A stretch of DNA of 64,000 nt from Pseudomonadota bacterium (GCA_040387595.1 JAZKDN010000014.1:9082-73081); one strand, 5' to 3'; positions 9,125 to 18,344 are shown, numbered from the stretch's first letter. Notes: generated from the sequence alone by a model not told the origin. Made by a program: numbers and translations.

Positions 9125-10347
9125 TCCTTGCCCCCATCGACCAGGCACTGCTCGACGGCGAGCACGGCCCCGCCGCGCGTCGGGCCATGGAGATATTGCT
9201 GCGCTATGGCGAGGTCAGCGAGGCCGAGCGTTTCATCCCGATCGGCTCGGCCCATATCGACGGCTGCCTTTATCACGGCCCGTCGAGCATCGATTTCGTC
9301 AAGCGTTTCGTCGATTTGGGCGGCAGGGTGCGGGTGCCGACCACGCTCAACGTTGCCGCGGTCGATACCGTCCATCCGGGCTGGCATTGCGGGCCGCCCG
9401 AGATTCTCGACGCGCAGCGAGAGCTAACCGAATTGCACGAGCGGCTCGGCTGCCTGGCAACCCTGACGTGCGCGCCTTATCAGCGGATCGCCCGCCCCCT
9501 GCCCGGCGAGGATGTCGCCTGGGCAGAATCCAACGCCATCGTCTTCGTCAACAGCGTGCTCGGCGCGCGCACCGACCGCTATGGCGACTTCGCCGACCTG
9601 TGCGCCGCCCTCACCGGTCGCGTTCCGCTCGCCGGTTTGCATATCCAGGCCAACCGGCGGCCCCGCGCCATAGTCGAACTTCCCGCTGCGATCGACATGC
9701 CGCGCGACCTCCTGTTCGGTGCCATCGGCTATGTCGTCGGCGAGCGACTGCGTGGCGAAGTCACCTTCATCCGCGGCCTTCCCGCTGACGCCCATGAAGA
9801 TGAACTGAAGGCGCTCGGCGCGTCCGGGGCATCGGGCGGGGCGATGGCGCTGTTCCACGCCGACGGTATCACGCCCGAAGCGGACTGGGCCGCGGCTCTT
9901 ACAGATGACCTGCCGATCCTGCGGATCGATACCGCCGCGCTCCACGCCGCCGTCGAAACGCTGTGCCCGGTCGCCCCTGGCGAGGCGGTCGCTGCGGTCT
10001 GCCTGGGCACACCGCATTTCTCGATCGACGAATTCCGCGGGCTCAACGCCGCCATCGCCGGCCGCGCCCGCGCTCCCGCGACCGAGGTCTATGTGTCGAC
10101 GTCGCGCGCGATCGCGGCGATGGTCGATAGCGATCCCGCTTTCGCTCCACTGCGCGCTTATGGCGCAAAGATCGTGGTCGACACCTGCACCTATCTGGCG
10201 CCCGTCGTACGCGAGCGCGATGGCGCGATCCTCACCAACTCGGTGAAATACGCGCATTACGGGCCCGGCAATCTTGGCCGCCGGATCGGGCTGATGACGC
10301 TCGAACGCTGCCTGCGCTCGGCCGAAACCGGGCGGGTGACGGCATGA
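9121..10347 (+). CDS. Aconitase X catalytic (large) subunit, DUF521
   Basis: The N-terminus LLDGEHGPAARRAMEILLRYGEVSEAERFIPIGSAHIDGC is characteristic of AcnX. 4-nt overlaps with both neighbours. Confidence 0.85.
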   Translation: MILAPIDQALLDGEHGPAARRAMEILLRYGEVSEAERFIPIGSAHIDGCLYHGPSSIDFVKRFVDLGGRVRVPTTLNVAAVDTVHPGWHCGPPEILDAQRELTELHERLGCLATLTCAPYQRIARPLPGEDVAWAESNAIVFVNSVLGARTDRYGDFADLCAALTGRVPLAGLHIQANRRPRAIVELPAAIDMPRDLLFGAIGYVVGERLRGEVTFIRGLPADAHEDELKALGASGASGGAMALFHADGITPEADWAAALTDDLPILRIDTAALHAAVETLCPVAPGEAVAAVCLGTPHFSIDEFRGLNAAIAGRARAPATEVYVSTSRAIAAMVDSDPAFAPLRAYGAKIVVDTCTYLAPVVRERDGAILTNSVKYAHYGPGNLGRRIGLMTLERCLRSAETGRVTA

Positions 10348-10763
10348 CCATCGCCGCGAAATCGCTCGTCCCTGGTCGGGCATCGGGTCCGCTGCTGGTG
10401 CTCGACGTCCCGCTCAGCCTGTGGGGCGGCGTCGATCTCGCCGACGGCCGGATCGTCGACCGCACCCATCCGCAGGCGGGCGCCTGCATCGCCGGCCATG
10501 TCCTCGCCATGCCTGCCGCGCGGGGCTCCTCTTCCTCGTCGAGCGCGCTGGTCGAACTGGCTCGCGCCGGTCGCGCGCCGGCCGCCATCATCCTGACGCA
10601 ACGCGACCCCATTCTGGTCGTCGGTGCCATCGTCGCCGATGATCTCTATGGCATCGCAATCCCCATCGTGACGATCGCCATGGCGGACTGGCCAGACCTT
10701 CGCCCTGGCACGCAGCTGACGGTCGATGCGGCGTCAGCCAGTGCCTGCTGTCGGGTCGGATAG
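10344..10763 (+). CDS. Aconitase X swivel (small) subunit, DUF126
   Basis: GRASGPLLVLDVPLSLWGGVD...MPAARGSSSSSSALVELARAGRAPAAIIL matches the DUF126 swivel-domain pattern. Confidence 0.85.
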   Translation: MTIAAKSLVPGRASGPLLVLDVPLSLWGGVDLADGRIVDRTHPQAGACIAGHVLAMPAARGSSSSSSALVELARAGRAPAAIILTQRDPILVVGAIVADDLYGIAIPIVTIAMADWPDLRPGTQLTVDAASASACCRVG

Positions 10764-10994
10764 TCGGACTGGTTGCTTAGAGAGCGGGGGGCGTCGTCAT
10801 GGGCTGGTGACGGCGGCCGCCAGACGGCTTGAACGGCCGGCCTCTCGCGAACCGTTGCCGTTCGCCAATTGTTCGTGACGATGCTCGAATATGTCAGATT
10901 TTCGAGGACAGACCACGGCCCGCAAGACTATATCCAGTACCACGATGTCCCTGGCTGCACGATACGTCAGGCGCGCAACGGGGATGCCGCGCGG

Positions 10995-12374
10995 TCAACA
11001 TTCGACGACGTTGACGGCCAGCCCTCCTTCCGAGGTCTCCTTGTATCTGCGGTGCATGTCGCGGCCGGTTTCGCGCATCGTAGCGATGACTTTGTCGAGG
11101 CTGACGAAATGGGTGCCGTCCCCGAGCAACGCCAGGCGCGACGCGTCGAGCGCCTTGATCGCGCCCATCGCGTTACGCTCGATGCAGGGGATCTGGACCA
11201 GCCCGCCGATCGGATCGCAGGTCAGGCCGAGATTATGCTCCATTCCGATTTCCGCGGCGTTTTCAATCTGGGCGTTGGTGCCGCCGAGCGCAGCCGTCAT
11301 GCCCGCCGCCGCCATCGAACAGGCGACACCCACTTCGCCCTGGCAGCCGACCTCGGCGCCGGATAGCGAGGCGTTGCGCTTGTACAATGCGCCGATGGCC
11401 CCGGCCGTCAGCAGGAAAGTCCGCACGCCCGCATCGGTGCCACCGCGGAAGCGCCGGAAATACATCAATACGGCCGGGATAATGCCCGCGGCGCCATTGG
11501 TGGGTGCGGTGACGACCGCGCCGCCGGCCGCATTCTCCTCGTTCACCGCCAGCGCCCAGACATTGACGAAGTCCATTGCAGCCAGCGGATCGGCAATCAG
11601 CGTTTCGGGCTTGGCCGTCAGCATCTCGTGCACGCGCTTCGCGCGCCGCGGGACCCGCAGCCCGCCGGGCAGTTCGCCGTCCCGCTGCAGTCCGCGGCCG
11701 ATACAGGCCTCCATCCGCGCCCAGATTGCGTCGAGCCGCTGGTCGATCTGCCCATCGGTCATGCCTTGCGCCCGTTCATTGGCGCGCATCAGATCGGCAA
11801 TCGTAAGATCCGCCTTTTCAGCCAAGGTCAGCAATTCAGCGGCCGAGGTGAAAGCATGAGGAACGGTCGTCGCTGAGGCGTCGCTCGCCGTCGGAGCCTT
11901 GAGATCGGCCTCATCGGCAATGAAACCGCCACCCGTGGAGAAGTACAGCCGCTGCTCCAGCACCGATTGCGGACCGGTGAGAGCGGTGAAGCGCAGGGCG
12001 TTGGGATGGCCGGGATGGGGTGTCTTCGACCAGAGGATATCGACGACTGGGTCGAAGTCGACCGCATGGCGACCACCCAGCAGGATGCGCCGATCGATCG
12101 CGATCGTCGCCAGGGCGCTCGCCATGTCGTCGGGCTGAACGGTCGCGGGATCGAAACCGGCAAGGCCCATCTGAACCGCCGTGTCGGTGGCATGTCCCCG
12201 ACCGGTCGCCGCCAGTGAACCAAGCAGTTCGACTTCGACGCGCATCACTGACCCCAGCGTCCCCGCTTGCTCCAGCAATCGCACGAAGCGCAAGCCGGCG
12301 AGCATGGGCCCCATCGTATGCGAGGACGAAGGGCCTACGCCGGGCTTGAAGATGTCGAAGGTACTGACAACCAT
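10995..12374 (-). CDS. sdaA: L-serine ammonia-lyase (iron-sulfur, single-chain)
   Basis: N-terminus [21 protein letters not shown]. 459 aa with a fused alpha/beta arrangement. Confidence 0.95.
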   Translation of the reverse strand: MVVSTFDIFKPGVGPSSSHTMGPMLAGLRFVRLLEQAGTLGSVMRVEVELLGSLAATGRGHATDTAVQMGLAGFDPATVQPDDMASALATIAIDRRILLGGRHAVDFDPVVDILWSKTPHPGHPNALRFTALTGPQSVLEQRLYFSTGGGFIADEADLKAPTASDASATTVPHAFTSAAELLTLAEKADLTIADLMRANERAQGMTDGQIDQRLDAIWARMEACIGRGLQRDGELPGGLRVPRRAKRVHEMLTAKPETLIADPLAAMDFVNVWALAVNEENAAGGAVVTAPTNGAAGIIPAVLMYFRRFRGGTDAGVRTFLLTAGAIGALYKRNASLSGAEVGCQGEVGVACSMAAAGMTAALGGTNAQIENAAEIGMEHNLGLTCDPIGGLVQIPCIERNAMGAIKALDASRLALLGDGTHFVSLDKVIATMRETGRDMHRRYKETSEGGLAVNVVEC

Positions 12375-12516
12375 GTGGACTGATCTGCTTCATTCGGTGG
12401 GGCCGGCGGCAACCGGACGCGGGATAGACATCCCGTGTTAGCCAAGCGAAAGGCGCGGCACCAGCGAGCTGCGAAGATTGCCAAGATGAAGGATGTGCCA
12501 CCGTGCAAGACCGCAC

Positions 12517-13242
12517 TCAGCGCATCGCGACGCTGTCCAGGCTTTCGATGAGATGCTGGTAAAGGCCATCGGCGTCGCGGCGAAGCGGATGTCCGCCCGG
12601 CATGACGATCACCCTCACATTCGGTTGATGAAGCAGGGGACAGAGACTGTTCTCTTCTTCCCGTCCGTGGACACAGAGCAGCGGAACCCAGTCGAGCCGC
12701 CGCCCGGTATCGACGGCGGCGGCATCGGCCGGAACCAGATCGAGCATCTCGGCGGGAGACGCCTGGTACATCACCGTATCGGTCGGAACGACCAGCGCGA
12801 CCATCGCCAGCTTCGCGCGCAGCGGGGGCGGTAGCCCGACCAGCCCGACATGCACCATGTCCGCACCATAGGATTGTCCGATCAGCAGCAGGCGGTCGGC
12901 ATGGCCGAAGGCGAGGCCGCGTCGCACGGCGTCGGTCAGCAGAAATCGCACCTCCGCGGGTGAGCGCCGCGTGCGGAAATAGACCAGCGAGTTGACGCCC
13001 AGAACGGGGATGCCGTCGGCGGCCAGCCGATCGGCGATCCGCCGCCCCATCCCGACCTTGAAGCCCATGTCGCCGGATATGATGACGGCCGCGAGCCCCC
13101 GATGCGCGGGCGCTGGTGTCCCCTGCGCCTTGACCGGCACGTAGAGATCGCCACCGAAATAGCCGAGCCTGCCCCAATAGACCGTCAGCCCCGCGCCGAT
13201 TAGCATGATCGCCAACACCGCACTTGTCAGGAAGCGCTTCAC
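12517..13242 (-). CDS. Single-domain VirJ/AcvB-family alpha/beta hydrolase, membrane-anchored or secreted
   Basis: The GTG at 13242 overlaps the upstream stop (GTGA). N-terminal hydrophobic segment KRFLTSAVLAIMLIGAGL. VirJ pattern IISGDMGF...GIPVLGVNSLVYF...IGQSYGAD...CVHGREEENSLCP...PGGH. Confidence 0.75.
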   Translation of the reverse strand: MKRFLTSAVLAIMLIGAGLTVYWGRLGYFGGDLYVPVKAQGTPAPAHRGLAAVIISGDMGFKVGMGRRIADRLAADGIPVLGVNSLVYFRTRRSPAEVRFLLTDAVRRGLAFGHADRLLLIGQSYGADMVHVGLVGLPPPLRAKLAMVALVVPTDTVMYQASPAEMLDLVPADAAAVDTGRRLDWVPLLCVHGREEENSLCPLLHQPNVRVIVMPGGHPLRRDADGLYQHLIESLDSVAMR

Positions 13243-14723
13243 AGCACGCCCCGCAGAATGGCGGAGGCCAGACCCTCGCCATTGTCGTCGAAATGATGAC
13301 CTCCGGGCAGCACGACCTGTTCGACGAGGCCGTTCGGGATCGTCGGACAGGCGCTGTGCTTCTCCTCTTCGCCACGGATGCATTGCATCGGCGTGCCGCG
13401 CAGACGCGCGATTGCGGGCAGCGTCGGCAGCGCATTGCCACCGCCGATGTCGAGCCAGGAGGCAAGGTGGAACTGAAAGTCGGCGGTACCGCTCAAGCCC
13501 AACATGCTCACCCGGCTCACCATCGGCCGGATCGCAGGCGGCAGGTTCCCGACAATATAGGGGATGTCGTCGGCTCCGAAGGAATAGCCGACGAAGATCA
13601 CCTTCGGCCGATGCCACACGCGTGAGAAATGCTCGACGATCCGGCCCGCGTCCCGCCCGCCCTCTGCCGGAGTTTTGGCATTCCAGAAATAGCTGAGGCT
13701 ATCGATGCCGACGACGGGCACGCCCGCCGCCGCGAGGCGCGCCGCGAGATCACGGTCGATCCCCGCCCAACCGCCGTCGCCAGAGTACATCACCGCCATC
13801 ACATCGGTGTGGCGTGCCGTCGGATCGGCGACGATCGTCAGCGGCAGATCCGCAACATCCGCCAGAGGGGGACCGAGCGCGGGGGCAGCGCTCTGCTGCG
13901 GTTCGAGCATCGGCGCGAAGGCTTGCATGAACTGGGGCATCCAGTTGGCTTCGACCGAAAAGCCGTGCCCGACCTTGGGCAGTTCGATCAGGCGCGCCTG
14001 CGGCACCTGGCGCGTGAACGTCTGCGCGGCGGCAGGGCTGACGACCTGATCGGTCATGCCCTGCAGCACCAGCCAGGGCGCCGACAGATGCGGCGCGGCC
14101 GAGAATATCCAGCCGGCTTCAGGCTTGGTGATGCGCGATACCGTCACGCCGGGGATCGAGCACCAGGCCTTGCTGCCGCCGATATCGGGACTGAAGCCGA
14201 GCGACACCGCCCCGCGCCATGTCCCGGCCGGTGCCTGCGCAAGCGCCGCATAGGCGATGGTTGCGCCTGAGGAATAGCCTGTCAGGATCGGCTTGATGTA
14301 GCGCGGCAGGCCGAGCCGATGCTCATAATCCTGCGCCAGTGCCTGCAATGCATAATTGGGGTTCACGCATTTCTCACCGTCGCTATCGAGGCTTTCAAGG
14401 AGGGCCGGCGTCGATATCCCGGCGACCGCGACACCTTGGCCGGCCAGCGCCTTCGCCATGTCGACCACGCCGAGATTCCAGCCGCCGTCGCCCGAGAGGA
14501 AGATCGCCACGCCCCTGATCGAGCCGGCGGCTCGATAGGTGCTCACCTCGTGCGTGCCGCCGAACTGAAACACGCCCGTCGTTGTGGAACCCACCTTCAC
14601 CTCAGCGGGCAGACGACGCGCGGGCGTCTGCGCGGCAACCCGGCTGGCCGTCAACGAGACGGCAGAAAGAATAATGGCGGCCGATCCGACGGTGATGGCC
14701 AACGAGAAACAGAGCCTGCGCAT
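13239..14723 (-). CDS. acvB: AcvB/VirJ-family protein with two VirJ-like halves (candidate lysyl-phosphatidylglycerol hydrolase)
   Basis: Signal peptide MRRLCFSLAITVGSAAIILSAVSL. Two repeats of the SGDGGW...GYSxGA pattern. C-terminus CIRGEEEKHSACP...PGGHHF. Start ATG 14723; ATG 14738 is the alternative. Confidence 0.75.
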   Translation of the reverse strand: MRRLCFSLAITVGSAAIILSAVSLTASRVAAQTPARRLPAEVKVGSTTTGVFQFGGTHEVSTYRAAGSIRGVAIFLSGDGGWNLGVVDMAKALAGQGVAVAGISTPALLESLDSDGEKCVNPNYALQALAQDYEHRLGLPRYIKPILTGYSSGATIAYAALAQAPAGTWRGAVSLGFSPDIGGSKAWCSIPGVTVSRITKPEAGWIFSAAPHLSAPWLVLQGMTDQVVSPAAAQTFTRQVPQARLIELPKVGHGFSVEANWMPQFMQAFAPMLEPQQSAAPALGPPLADVADLPLTIVADPTARHTDVMAVMYSGDGGWAGIDRDLAARLAAAGVPVVGIDSLSYFWNAKTPAEGGRDAGRIVEHFSRVWHRPKVIFVGYSFGADDIPYIVGNLPPAIRPMVSRVSMLGLSGTADFQFHLASWLDIGGGNALPTLPAIARLRGTPMQCIRGEEEKHSACPTIPNGLVEQVVLPGGHHFDDNGEGLASAILRGVL

Positions 14724-14843
14724 ATACACCCCAAGCAAGGGACATCCTGCGCACGCGTTACTCCCCCACGCCAGACATCGGCGTGAGGGCGAAGTTAAAC
14801 ATCGGTAATGTCGGGCCGTGCGGTATCGCCAGCCGCGGCGGAC

Positions 14844-16202
14844 TCAGACGGAGCGGTCGCATCCCAAATGCAGCTCGACCCGCAGCCCCGGCGTATTGTC
14901 GTGCAGGTCGAGCACCCCGCCGTGCAGCCGCGCCACCGCCGCCGCGAGCGCCAGGCCCAGCCCTGCCCCCGCCTTGCTCCGCGCAGCATCGAGCCGGCCG
15001 AACCGCCGCAGCGCTTCCGGCCGCTGATCGTCCGGAATACCCGGACCGTCGTCGGCGACGCTGATCGCAACGCCGTCGGGGGTTTCCCGCGCCGCGACGA
15101 CGATCCGCCCGGCACCATATTTCATCGCATTGTCGATCAGGTTGGCAAGCGCCTGGCCAAGCAGTTCGCGGTGGACATGGCCCCTGATGCCCCCGGGCGC
15201 ATCGGCCTTGACGGTGAAGCCGTTGTCTTCGGCCAGCGGACCATAGACCTCGACCATGTCCTCGACCATTACCGACAGATCGGTATCGACGAAGCTCTCG
15301 CGCCCCAGTCCGGCTTCGGCCCGGCTGATCCGCAGCGCGGTGTCGAGCATCGTGAGGAGACGGTCGCCCTCGTCGATCGCGCGGTCGATCGCGATGCGGG
15401 CATCCTCGCTGTCACTGGAGACCAGCGCCCGCTCGAGGGTCGATCGCAGCCGTGTGAGCGGCGACCGCAGATCATGGGCTAACCCATCGGTCGCGATCTT
15501 CAATTCGGTCATCAGCCCGGCGATGCGATCGAGCATCGCGTTGATCGTCCCGCCGAGCGCATCGAACGCGTCGCCGCTGTCGTCGATCGGCACGCGCCGG
15601 TCGAGATCGCCCGCAGTCACGGATCGCGCCGTGTCGACGGTCGCCGCCAGCCGCCTATGGATCAATTGGACTGAGCCCCATGCAGCGAAAGCCGCGAGCG
15701 CGACCGCCACGGCGAACGCACTGACCATCGCTTCCTCGAGGATGACGGTGAATCGCAACGCACTTTCGACCACATGGCCGGTCAACAATCGTCCTCCGTC
15801 AGGAAGCGGCGTTGCGAGCAAATAGATTTGCTCCGACGCCTCATGCCCGATCCTGAACAGGTCGATCGTCGCCGTGGCCGATGACGGCGGCAGCAACGGG
15901 GGCCATTCGGCGATATTGCCCGCCACCGGCCGTCCGGTGCGGTCGACCAGCAACACGGCTGCGCCTGGCGATCGTCCAGGGCGCGCAAGCGCTGCGACCG
16001 CATCGCTGAGCGCGGCGAAGCCGCCTTGCCGATAGCCGCGGAGCAGATCGTCGCGGATCGTTTCTGCCTGCGCCTCCGCCTCGTCGCCGATCTGGTCGCG
16101 GGTCAGTTGGCGGACCGTGCCCAACAGCATGGCCGCCCCCGCTATCTGCAGCAGGAAGACCAGCGCCGCGAAGCGGAGGAAGGTCGATCGCGTGAACCGC
16201 AT
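14844..16202 (-). CDS. Sensor histidine kinase (two TM segments, HAMP, HisKA, HATPase)
   Basis: H-box LAHDLRSPLTRL, N-box LANLIDNAMKY, G-boxes DDGPGIP and GAGLGLAL. ATGA overlap with the regulator gene. Confidence 0.9.
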   Translation of the reverse strand: MRFTRSTFLRFAALVFLLQIAGAAMLLGTVRQLTRDQIGDEAEAQAETIRDDLLRGYRQGGFAALSDAVAALARPGRSPGAAVLLVDRTGRPVAGNIAEWPPLLPPSSATATIDLFRIGHEASEQIYLLATPLPDGGRLLTGHVVESALRFTVILEEAMVSAFAVAVALAAFAAWGSVQLIHRRLAATVDTARSVTAGDLDRRVPIDDSGDAFDALGGTINAMLDRIAGLMTELKIATDGLAHDLRSPLTRLRSTLERALVSSDSEDARIAIDRAIDEGDRLLTMLDTALRISRAEAGLGRESFVDTDLSVMVEDMVEVYGPLAEDNGFTVKADAPGGIRGHVHRELLGQALANLIDNAMKYGAGRIVVAARETPDGVAISVADDGPGIPDDQRPEALRRFGRLDAARSKAGAGLGLALAAAVARLHGGVLDLHDNTPGLRVELHLGCDRSV

Positions 16203-16204
16203 CC

Positions 16205-16897
16205 TCAGGCGTCGAAGCCGAGCCGATAGCCGGACCCGCGTACGGTATGGAGCAACGGCTGCGCATGGCCTTCGTCGATTTTCTTGCGCAGCCGGCTGAC
16301 ATGAACGTCGATGACGTTGGTGCCGGGATCGAAATGATAGTCCCAGACGCCCTCGAGCAGCATGGTGCGCGTCACCACCTGATCCGCATGGCGCAGCAGG
16401 AATTCGAGCAGGCGGAATTCGCGCGGCTGCAACTCGATCGCCTGCCCGCCGCGCCGTACCCTGCGCGACAACAGGTCCATCTCCAGATCGCCACAGGCCA
16501 ATCGCGTTTCAGGACCGCTGCTGCTGCGGCCCTGGGTATGGCGGATCAGCAGGCGGACCCGCGCCAGCAGTTCGGCGAACGCGAAGGGCTTGGTCAGATA
16601 ATCGTCGGAGCCGCTTTCGAGCCCCTTGATCCGGTCTTCTGCCGAACTGAGCGCGGAGAGGATGATAACGGGCGTCTCGATCCCGGCCGCGCGCATTGCG
16701 CCGAGCACCGCCATGCCGTCCAATCCGGGCAACATGCGATCGAGGATCACGCAGTCATAGCTGCCGTCAGTGGCGTGGAAGAGCCCGTCGCGACCATTGT
16801 CGGCGCGATCGACGACGAAGCCATGCTCGGTCAGGCCGGTGGCGACGAAGTCCGCAGTGGTGCCATCATCCTCGACCAGCAGAATCTTCTGACTCAT
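16205..16897 (-). CDS. OmpR-family DNA-binding response regulator
   Basis: Receiver domain (ILLVEDD, VILDRMLPGLDG, LTKPF) plus a winged-helix C-terminus (LQPREFRLLEFLLRH, VHVSRLRKKI). Confidence 0.95.
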   Translation of the reverse strand: MSQKILLVEDDGTTADFVATGLTEHGFVVDRADNGRDGLFHATDGSYDCVILDRMLPGLDGMAVLGAMRAAGIETPVIILSALSSAEDRIKGLESGSDDYLTKPFAFAELLARVRLLIRHTQGRSSSGPETRLACGDLEMDLLSRRVRRGGQAIELQPREFRLLEFLLRHADQVVTRTMLLEGVWDYHFDPGTNVIDVHVSRLRKKIDEGHAQPLLHTVRGSGYRLGFDA

Positions 16898-17289
16898 CCG
16901 TGGTTGCCTCCGCCGTCGCGCTTCATGTGGATGTCGAGCAGCACACCATGACGCAACACACGTAGATCCACCACGTCATAAGAACCACTGGCGACATCGC
17001 GATCGAACGCGGCCAGGCCGGGTGCCGGCAATCCGTCGACATCCTCGATCTCGTCGCCCACCTTGAGCCCCGCGAGCGCGCCGGAACCGCCGGTCTGCAG
17101 GCTCGTGACCACCAGCCGGGGCGGGCTCGAACCCTCGACGACGGCCAGGGTCGCGCCCGTCGGCAACGAATCCCCGGCCTGCGCCGCCGGCGTGCGATAG
17201 GGGCGGATGAGTTGATGCGTGACGATCAGTACGGCAAACACCGCACACAGCAGCGCCGACCAGCCGAGCCAGGACAGGTTCTTTGTCAC
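16894..17289 (-). CDS. Small membrane-anchored PDZ-domain protein
   Basis: One TM segment (LSWLGWSALLCAVFAVLIV), then a PDZ-like LVVTSLQTGGSGALAGLKVGDEIEDVDG. GTG 17289 lies one nt after the DUF1003 stop. The stop overlaps the regulator start (ATGA). Confidence 0.6.
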   Translation of the reverse strand: MTKNLSWLGWSALLCAVFAVLIVTHQLIRPYRTPAAQAGDSLPTGATLAVVEGSSPPRLVVTSLQTGGSGALAGLKVGDEIEDVDGLPAPGLAAFDRDVASGSYDVVDLRVLRHGVLLDIHMKRDGGGNHG

Positions 17290-17290
17290 A

Positions 17291-17818
17291 TCAGGCCTCG
17301 CTTCGCTCGATACAGACGGCGCCGATGATCCGGTCCAGCCGATCGACGATCGCCTGGTCGAGTTTCTCATGAAGCCGCAATATTTCAAGCTCGGCGCGCA
17401 GATTGACCTCGTAATCGAGGCTAGCGGCGAGCCGATCCCGCGCGGACTGGCGATTTTGGCTCATCATGATCACCGGCGCCTGGATCGCCGCCACGGTCGA
17501 CAGCATCAGGTTGAGGAAGATGTAGGGAAAAGGATCGAAGGCCATTCCCCACCGCGACAATATGTCGCTGTTGAGCAGCATCCAGCCGAACAGCACCACC
17601 GAGAAGAAGATGATGAAGCCCCAGCTGCCGCCGACCGCCGCGACCCTGTCGGCGAGCCGGTCACCAAAGCTTTCCCGCGCATCGGCAACGTCGGCCGCAT
17701 CCTGCGAGATAGGCAGACCCGCTGCGATCCGCTCGAAGACTCGCGCTTCCTCGGGCTCGAGATGGTGCCGGCCGAACAGACGATGGGCCATGCCGTGATG
17801 AGGGTGTTCGGTTGCCAT
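17291..17818 (-). CDS. DUF1003-family membrane protein with a His-rich N-terminus
   Basis: Two TM segments and the conserved FDPFPYIFLNLMLSTVAAIQAPVIMMSQNRQ core. The N-terminus is MATEHPHHGMAHRLFGRHH. Confidence 0.8.
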   Translation of the reverse strand: MATEHPHHGMAHRLFGRHHLEPEEARVFERIAAGLPISQDAADVADARESFGDRLADRVAAVGGSWGFIIFFSVVLFGWMLLNSDILSRWGMAFDPFPYIFLNLMLSTVAAIQAPVIMMSQNRQSARDRLAASLDYEVNLRAELEILRLHEKLDQAIVDRLDRIIGAVCIERSEA

Positions 17819-17991
17819 TCCCTATCCTTTCCCGGCGCAATAGCGACCAAGACCATGACGGAGGATGAGCGCCGCATGACCATTTCGTCATGTTCGGCCC
17901 CGCATGGCGGTAGCCGCTTCCATTCCCGAAGCTTAATGTTTGCAGCATTGCCGCGCGCTCTGCGTGCCCGCGTGCAACTGACGTCCTCATC

Positions 17992-18273
17992 GTGCCCCCC
18001 GATACGATCTCTGTACCGTGCCTCGCCGGCCGCTCTTTCGATTTCGGCCAGGCCGCCATTCCCGCCGCGCCAGCGGCGCGCGGCCTGAGCGGAGCGCCGG
18101 TGCTGTGCATCCAGGGGATCGAAGAAGACGACAGCCTCTGCCCGTCCATGACCATGACGAACGTCACACGCGTCAGCCTGCCCAGGGGACATATGCTCAA
18201 TTTCGATCCCGACCGGCTCTACGCCGCGATCGCCCCGGCGCTGCGCCGCGTCGCCGCCGCACATTACCGATAG
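17992..18273 (+). pseudogene. Remnant of a VirJ/AcvB-family gene (C-terminal ~70 residues only)
   Basis: APVLCIQGIEEDDSLCPSMTMTNVTRVSLPRGHMLNFDPDRLYAAIAPAL aligns by eye with VPLLCVHGREEENSLCPLLHQPNVRVIVMPGGHPLRRDADGLYQHLIESL of 12517-13242. No GxSxG nucleophile region lies upstream in any frame. Confidence 0.55.
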
Positions 18274-18344
18274 TTCAGACGGTGCCCACGCGCCTGCCAT
18301 GCGGGGTCGCCTATCGCTGACAGTCCAAGCCGATGGAATATACG

